Shown piece by piece: positions 58,092 through 64,000 of a DNA stretch of 64,000 nucleotides. This DNA comes from an uncultured virus (IMG/VR IMGVR_UViG_3300016476_001224). Lineage: Duplodnaviria; Heunggongvirae; Uroviricota; Caudoviricetes. Made by a program: the position numbers and the translations under genes. The stretch lies in IMG/VR virus record IMGVR_UViG_3300016476_001224. One strand, written 5' to 3'. How positions within the stretch are numbered: position 1 is the first letter of the stretch; the number at the start of each line of letters is the position of its first letter. The notes below the pieces were generated by a model. That model did no database searches. It saw only the letters and a program-made list of their open reading frames with translations, and was not told the origin of the DNA.

Positions 58092-58487
58092 ATGATAAAA
58101 AGATATACACAATTTGTAAATGAGGCTGGTGAGACCAGTATTGATGAGACACCAGGTGTTAAATCATTAGATTCTAATAAATTTTCTGAACTTAAAGAAG
58201 AGGTTAAGAAAATGATTGATAATACTATCTCTAAGAGTGGTGGTGAGTTTGCTTCTTTTGTTGAATCATTAAAGAAGAATCCAGAAGATGTTAAAGTTGA
58301 AGGATTTATAAATGATGCTGATATATATGATTTTTATCTTAAATATAGAAATGATATAGATGAATTACTTAATGGTGTTAAGTTTTATGATGAAGCACCT
58401 ACAAGTGTTAATGCATATGGTTTATATGAATACACAATAAAGGGAACTGAAAAGGCCTTTAGTGAAATAGTTAAAATGTTACAATAA
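58092..58487 (+). CDS. Hypothetical protein with leader
   Basis: MIKRYTQFVNE; TTAATATATA at 58078-58087. Confidence 0.75.
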   Translation: MIKRYTQFVNEAGETSIDETPGVKSLDSNKFSELKEEVKKMIDNTISKSGGEFASFVESLKKNPEDVKVEGFINDADIYDFYLKYRNDIDELLNGVKFYDEAPTSVNAYGLYEYTIKGTEKAFSEIVKMLQ

Positions 58488-58489
58488 TT

Positions 58490-58747
58490 ATGAGATACTT
58501 AGAGGGTTATAAAAGTTTTTTTTATACTGATGATGATTTACCTAATCAAGAAATGCTTGATTGGGTAGAAGAGTATAAATATAATAATTCACATATTGAA
58601 TTATCATCAAAGTTTACACACATGAGTGATGATAATTACTATAGTGATATAAATACTATGAGAGATGAATTTTTGAAAAAATTCCATGATGAATTATTAG
58701 GTCTATCATATACTCAAACTATTGATGTATTTAACTCTTGTTTATAA
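58490..58747 (+). CDS. Hypothetical protein
   Basis: MRYLEGYKSF. Confidence 0.65.
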   Translation: MRYLEGYKSFFYTDDDLPNQEMLDWVEEYKYNNSHIELSSKFTHMSDDNYYSDINTMRDEFLKKFHDELLGLSYTQTIDVFNSCL

Positions 58748-59756
58748 AATCATATTCATTTAATTGACTTTTCTTACTATTTATAATTCTTTTAGTTATA
58801 CATAAATTGGATATATCTGAAATAACACTAGTATCTAAATTATTTATAAATCCATAAAAACAAGAAATTTTATGGTCTATTGATGGATAATTATTATCAT
58901 TTTTATTTAGATTGAAATTATCTTTAATATATTCATTATCATAATAATCATAACCATTCCATTCACTAAATAACTTTTCTCTTAAAAGGTCTGTTTCATA
59001 CCTAACTTTCCTTCTATAAATTCTAAATAAATCTAATTTATATTTATCTCCATTAAAACTCCATTCTTTTTCTAAACTTTTATAAATTATGTTATTCTTT
59101 ATACCAACTTGTATTTCTTTATTACCAAATGGTGATATATGACCATATTTCTCTAAATTACTTTCTTGTATCTTCTTTTTAATTTCTGGTATATGAAATG
59201 AATATGATGCCCCATATTTATTAAACATACCTTTCTTTTTCAATTCATTATTATCAATAGTTGATAAGAAAGTAAAATATTCACCACTTTCTTTCTTATT
59301 TTTAATATTTTCTTTTATTTTAATTGAATTATTTTTCTTAAAACCATCAGTTTGTGTAAATAAACTACCATATTTATCTATTTGTGTTTTATTTGATTTA
59401 TCTCTAAATTTCTTTGATGACATCCAATTACTTTGTCTTTCTTTTAACTCTGGAAGTTGTGTTATATATTCAACACCATATTTTTCAGAGTTTGTTTTTT
59501 TCCTTTTAATACTGGAACATTTTTTACAAGAGTAGAAACCACCTCTATCAAAATTTTTATTATACTTATCAAATGATAAATTATTTTCACATTTACATAT
59601 CTCACATATAGCAATTACTATATTTTTAGATCTTTTAGGCATTGTTGATACATCTACTAATATAATATCACCTACATTACAATTATAATTTTTATCATTA
59701 TAGTATTTTTTATTTCTTGTAGTTATTTCAACTTTAGACACATTATTTTTAACCAT
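58731..59756 (-). CDS. Putative HNH-type homing endonuclease
   Basis: CxxC pairs, repeated KYG motifs, SIDHKIS...NL.....N..K. Confidence 0.65.
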   Translation of the reverse strand: MVKNNVSKVEITTRNKKYYNDKNYNCNVGDIILVDVSTMPKRSKNIVIAICEICKCENNLSFDKYNKNFDRGGFYSCKKCSSIKRKKTNSEKYGVEYITQLPELKERQSNWMSSKKFRDKSNKTQIDKYGSLFTQTDGFKKNNSIKIKENIKNKKESGEYFTFLSTIDNNELKKKGMFNKYGASYSFHIPEIKKKIQESNLEKYGHISPFGNKEIQVGIKNNIIYKSLEKEWSFNGDKYKLDLFRIYRRKVRYETDLLREKLFSEWNGYDYYDNEYIKDNFNLNKNDNNYPSIDHKISCFYGFINNLDTSVISDISNLCITKRIINSKKSQLNEYDFINKS

Positions 59757-59803
59757 TTGAAGAATAATTATTTTTATATATACATTAAAATATATATTAA
59801 ATT

Positions 59804-62470
59804 ATGTCTTGTCCCTTGTATAAGAAATTAAAAACTAATGGAACATCTTTCTATGCATTTCCAAGTGCAGCAGAAGACATTTCAGCAGCATATCAAAACT
59901 CAAATTATAAAATGTATTTCTCTAAATATGTTTTACTTAATTTACCTAAGCAAAACTTAAATCCAGGTTCAGGAACTGCATCAAAACCAGTTTATTTTGA
60001 CTTTGATAATGCTTTCAAAAAGTCAGTTACTGCAACATTACCAGCAGATTTTAAAGACCAAATAATTGAATCTTTAAGAAATTATGTTGCCAATCAAGAA
60101 GTTGTTATAAGAGAATCTAGATTAAACAATACTAATTATTATTATGATAATAATGCACTTGAAACTACAACAGAAAAGATTTTCTACAAATGGGCTAAGA
60201 AGTTAAATCTTATTGATTTTGAACCAGCTATACCAGATGATGAGTATTTCAGTTCATTTGCAGAGTTTCAATCTGCTAATATTACTGACCCTGAATATTT
60301 CCCTGAATACTTATGGAAAGAAAGAGAATTAACAGAATGGAGTACATCTACATTTAGAAATGATGGTAATAACTTATTACAAATAGAATTTAATGGAACT
60401 ACAAACTTTAGAGTTGGTGATATTGTTAATATTTATAACATAAGTAATTCAACTATTAGTGGTGAAATAGGTGGGAATACAAGTACAGGAATTAATGTAA
60501 AAGTAACAAGTATTATTCCACCAGATGGAATATTAGGACAATTAGTTACATTCAATATAAATTATTTTTCAGATACTCAAACTGAAATTACAGGTAAAGC
60601 AAAATTAGTTTATAATAGATTAGTACAATATATTGGTGAAGTAAATGGTATATCTAATGTACAAGAAGCTAATCGTTCTTATACAGAAGTTTATGCACAT
60701 ATTCCTGACCATACTGGACAAACTCCAGATATTCTTTTTAGAACAATGCAAGATGTAAATTATAAACCTAATTTATCATTTCCTATAGTTGCTTCTCAAT
60801 ATCAAGCAGAGATTATGGGGGCTGGTGAAACACAAGGTTTTAGTTCACCAATTGTTAATTCACCTTTAAATTACCCTGGATCTTACTTAGGTCAATTTGA
60901 TACTTTAGATTGGACTTATGATACTGCACCTGGTGATTCAATAAGAAGAAGTGGTGCTTATTATGGTGTTTCTGGTGATACAAATACACCAGTTGTAAAT
61001 GGTAATACTATTGATGGTATTACAATGGATTTCAATACTGCTCACTATGTTAAAATGAATATCTTAGGTAGAAACTTAACTAACTTTGATCAATTTAATG
61101 CTCTTTCAGTTAATAATTTACCACCATCTGATTTTGAATTTAATGCAATATTATGGTATTATACAGTTGAGGATTCAGCTGGTAATCAAAGAACTAATTT
61201 ATATGGTATTTCTTTCTTAGACAATCCAGATAATAATGTAATTGAAGATGAAAGAGGATTAAGATTTCCAGTTTATAAAAAGTTTGTAACTAATGGTAGT
61301 CAAGATGGTACATCATATGCATTTAGTTTAAACTTAAACTTTAATATAATCAATGAGAATCCTGTTGATAGTTATAATCCTGAGGCAATCAATTCAATGT
61401 TTAGTATGAACTTATTTAATCAGTCAATGAGTAGATTATCTTCAACTAATGATAGTTTCTTGAATCTAATTGCAGAACAAGGAACTATAAGAGATGAAGT
61501 AAATGCTTTAAAAGGATTAATATACACTCAAACAGATTTAGCCACAATAAATTCAAAAATACAAAACTTAGAAAATCTATTAAGATTATATTCTACAAAT
61601 CAACTTGTTTCAACTGATACAATTGAGGTTAGTACTGTAACTGGTACACCTCCAACAATTAGATTGAATACTGTAAATACTTCATATGAAAGAGTTTATG
61701 TTTATAATGCAACTGATATGTATAATACTCAAGGTGTTATAGCTACAAATTTATCAGTACCTAATAATAGAGATTTCTTAGTTAATTTTACTAATAATGA
61801 TGAGGTTGAACTTTCATTTACTGCAAGTAATTTAACATTTGTATTAGATAGAGATTTATATTACAGACAGTCAGTTGACTTTATGATTGAAGGTGGTCAA
61901 TATGCATCACAAAATAAGAAATTAGATATTTATATGAATAGTGATATTTCAAATACTACTACACAAAATACTCAAGTTCTTATTGTTGGTGGAATAGATT
62001 TACCTGTTTATTATAATACTATATCACAAAACCCTAACTCTGCTTATTTATGGAAAGACTTCAAGTTTAATATTGATTTCACAAAAGAAATAACTTTAGA
62101 ATATGGTAATAAACTTAGAGTTTACTTTGATATGAATTCCAACATTGTATCAAACTCTATAAAAGTAGGAGATGTATTGACATTAAACAATTTATTTGTA
62201 GGTACTGCATCTGTTTATGATTACTCTGGACAATATAATGTTATTGCCAATAATTCTTATGTTGAATTTGATATTTCATCTAATACAAGTTTAGTTAATT
62301 ATGCAAATAGTATTAATGTATATCCAATAGTATTACATGGAACACAATCATCTTTACTATCTAATATTCCTTATTTTTCTTTAAATAAAGGTAAGAAAAT
62401 TAGATTAACAAGAGTTTCAGATTCAACAATTCTTAAAGAAAGATATTCTGTAAATGTTCTTGATTTGTAA
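59804..62470 (+). CDS. Large putative virion structural protein
   Basis: 888 aa, N/T/S-rich, in the structural region. Confidence 0.55.
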   Translation: MSCPLYKKLKTNGTSFYAFPSAAEDISAAYQNSNYKMYFSKYVLLNLPKQNLNPGSGTASKPVYFDFDNAFKKSVTATLPADFKDQIIESLRNYVANQEVVIRESRLNNTNYYYDNNALETTTEKIFYKWAKKLNLIDFEPAIPDDEYFSSFAEFQSANITDPEYFPEYLWKERELTEWSTSTFRNDGNNLLQIEFNGTTNFRVGDIVNIYNISNSTISGEIGGNTSTGINVKVTSIIPPDGILGQLVTFNINYFSDTQTEITGKAKLVYNRLVQYIGEVNGISNVQEANRSYTEVYAHIPDHTGQTPDILFRTMQDVNYKPNLSFPIVASQYQAEIMGAGETQGFSSPIVNSPLNYPGSYLGQFDTLDWTYDTAPGDSIRRSGAYYGVSGDTNTPVVNGNTIDGITMDFNTAHYVKMNILGRNLTNFDQFNALSVNNLPPSDFEFNAILWYYTVEDSAGNQRTNLYGISFLDNPDNNVIEDERGLRFPVYKKFVTNGSQDGTSYAFSLNLNFNIINENPVDSYNPEAINSMFSMNLFNQSMSRLSSTNDSFLNLIAEQGTIRDEVNALKGLIYTQTDLATINSKIQNLENLLRLYSTNQLVSTDTIEVSTVTGTPPTIRLNTVNTSYERVYVYNATDMYNTQGVIATNLSVPNNRDFLVNFTNNDEVELSFTASNLTFVLDRDLYYRQSVDFMIEGGQYASQNKKLDIYMNSDISNTTTQNTQVLIVGGIDLPVYYNTISQNPNSAYLWKDFKFNIDFTKEITLEYGNKLRVYFDMNSNIVSNSIKVGDVLTLNNLFVGTASVYDYSGQYNVIANNSYVEFDISSNTSLVNYANSINVYPIVLHGTQSSLLSNIPYFSLNKGKKIRLTRVSDSTILKERYSVNVLDL

Positions 62471-62518
62471 TTATTAGTTTTTAGTTTTTAATATATACAT
62501 AAAAACTAATAATTAATT

Positions 62519-63649
62519 ATGGGATGTGGAACAACAATATTTGGTGGTGGAGCACAATATATTAAAGTAAATGGTGGTGACTTCATTGCAATTGATGGTG
62601 CCAATATAGTAGATAGACTTACTGTATCAGATTTAAGAATGCCCTACAAACAACTTCTTAAAAGTAGAATTATACTTAAAGCTGGTCAATCAAATTATTT
62701 ATTAAATCATTTAGGTTTAGGAGATAATGCAACATTTTTAGCAATTAAAGCACTTTATAATTCTGCTTCTGTTATAGAAGAAGATAATTATATTACTTGG
62801 AGTTTTTATGATGACATAACAAAAAGTCATCCTATGGCACAAATGATGTGTTTAACTGGTAATTCTACAAATAGAATTAAACAATTATATTTAACTAATC
62901 CAAATACTAAATATGCAGTAACACTAGAAGTAATGGTTGGTGTTATTGATGACTCATATACATTCTTTAATGATAGTTTAAATCAATCAGGAACCACATT
63001 TACTGGATTAGAATGCACTGATATAAAAACACATATACAAGGTGAGTCTATTAAAATAATGGATAAAGGAACACCTTCAAGACCTTTAATTTACCTACAA
63101 ATATCAAATATTCAAACTATTGAAAAGTCTGGTAATATTTTAATATTAGATGACACAAGTTATGGTCAAATATTTTTACATTTCTTAACAGAGTTTGATA
63201 CCTATCAGGCAAACTCTCTGCTCAATTATATTATTAATAATATTGATATAGATATAAATAATGAAAATTTAGATTCTGAGAAACCTATAATTTATTTTTA
63301 TAATAAAGTTTCAAATACAGGTGATTACATATCATTAAATGGTGCCACTGCTGGTCCTTACTCAACTATAGATGGATTAACATTCTCAACATCTATATCA
63401 ATTACAGATTATGGTACTGCTAGTGGTATAATTAACAAACCACAATTAATTAATTTACTAGTGGATAATATTAATGATAATAGAGATGGTTTAATGATAA
63501 TACAACCTTCTAATTTAACAATTTACTCTAATACTTTCAGTAGTATTGACACAATTAGTGACATAGGAAACTATTCAGTTAAAATTAATATGTCTGATAT
63601 AGCACATAATGTATTAGATGTAAATATATATTTAACAATAAATCCTTAA
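62519..63649 (+). CDS. Putative virion structural protein
   Basis: 376 aa; TTAATATATA at 62488-62497. Confidence 0.55.
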   Translation: MGCGTTIFGGGAQYIKVNGGDFIAIDGANIVDRLTVSDLRMPYKQLLKSRIILKAGQSNYLLNHLGLGDNATFLAIKALYNSASVIEEDNYITWSFYDDITKSHPMAQMMCLTGNSTNRIKQLYLTNPNTKYAVTLEVMVGVIDDSYTFFNDSLNQSGTTFTGLECTDIKTHIQGESIKIMDKGTPSRPLIYLQISNIQTIEKSGNILILDDTSYGQIFLHFLTEFDTYQANSLLNYIINNIDIDINNENLDSEKPIIYFYNKVSNTGDYISLNGATAGPYSTIDGLTFSTSISITDYGTASGIINKPQLINLLVDNINDNRDGLMIIQPSNLTIYSNTFSSIDTISDIGNYSVKINMSDIAHNVLDVNIYLTINP

Positions 63650-63665
63650 AAATAATTACTTTATA

Positions 63666-64000
63666 ATGTATAGATATGATAGTTTTTTAAGACCCTTAAC
63701 AGTCTCAGATAAGAATATTAAAATATTAGACAATTCTAATATAATTAAATATACCATTGATCCATTTTCAATAATTAATATTTCTGATGATAATAACCTA
63801 ATAAAAATAAGTTTAAAATCCTTAAAAACCATAAAAATTGATTTTAGTACAAAAAATGAGGCACTAATTGCTTTAGAAAAACTACAAGAACAAATAGACT
63901 ATTTGACCAATAAAATTCCAACACAGGTAGATAAAGAAATAAAAAAATATGTACAAAATATTTTTGAACAAGTTTCTATTATTGTTGGTCCAACAGGTCC
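63666..64000 (+). CDS. 3'-truncated ORF, possibly a collagen-like fibre protein
   Basis: MYRYDSFLRP... open to the window end, finishing with VGPTG. Confidence 0.6.
   Translation, partial: MYRYDSFLRPLTVSDKNIKILDNSNIIKYTIDPFSIINISDDNNLIKISLKSLKTIKIDFSTKNEALIALEKLQEQIDYLTNKIPTQVDKEIKKYVQNIFEQVSIIVGPTG

Noticed and set aside
1..64000. CRISPR array, tRNA or rRNA genes
   Set aside because: No regularly spaced repeat-spacer units and no cloverleaf/TTCGA-type signature seen by eye; intergenic gaps are short. A tRNAscan run would be needed to exclude tRNAs fully.
1..64000. Stop-codon reassignment as in some Bacteroidota jumbo phages
   Set aside because: Long conserved genes are intact in the standard code, and TAG and TGA end genes at sensible positions (for example 13695 and 37759).

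Overview
Very AT-rich, gene-dense fragment of a large T4-like (jumbo) phage genome in the standard genetic code. The host is probably a Bacteroidota species, inferred from TAnnTTTG -7 promoter elements, no visible Shine-Dalgarno motifs and an Hc1-like histone gene. Core genes: GH19 endolysin, the N-terminal half of a split family-B DNA polymerase, DinG-like and gp41/DnaB-like helicases, nrdA, uvsX, RuvC-like resolvase, phoH, DNA methyltransferase, gp26-like baseplate protein, tail-fibre and structural genes, five free-standing homing-endonuclease-like genes, and a nucleotide-handling accessory block. Three promoter classes are visible. Two mutually exclusive peptide tags stand out. An N-terminal MK(H/Y)(L/I)K(K/R)F(N/E)E-like leader, resembling the T4 capsid-targeting sequence, occurs on more than 20 mostly late genes. 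A C-terminal R-x-x-K-(L/I)-x-x-(L/I)-(L/G) helix occurs on about 12 early/middle genes. Three small C-tagged proteins carry recognisable fragments of essential phage proteins (major capsid C-terminus, portal clip, DNA polymerase motif B), which suggests an undescribed decoy or adaptor system. All family assignments come from motifs recognised by eye; no database searches were run.
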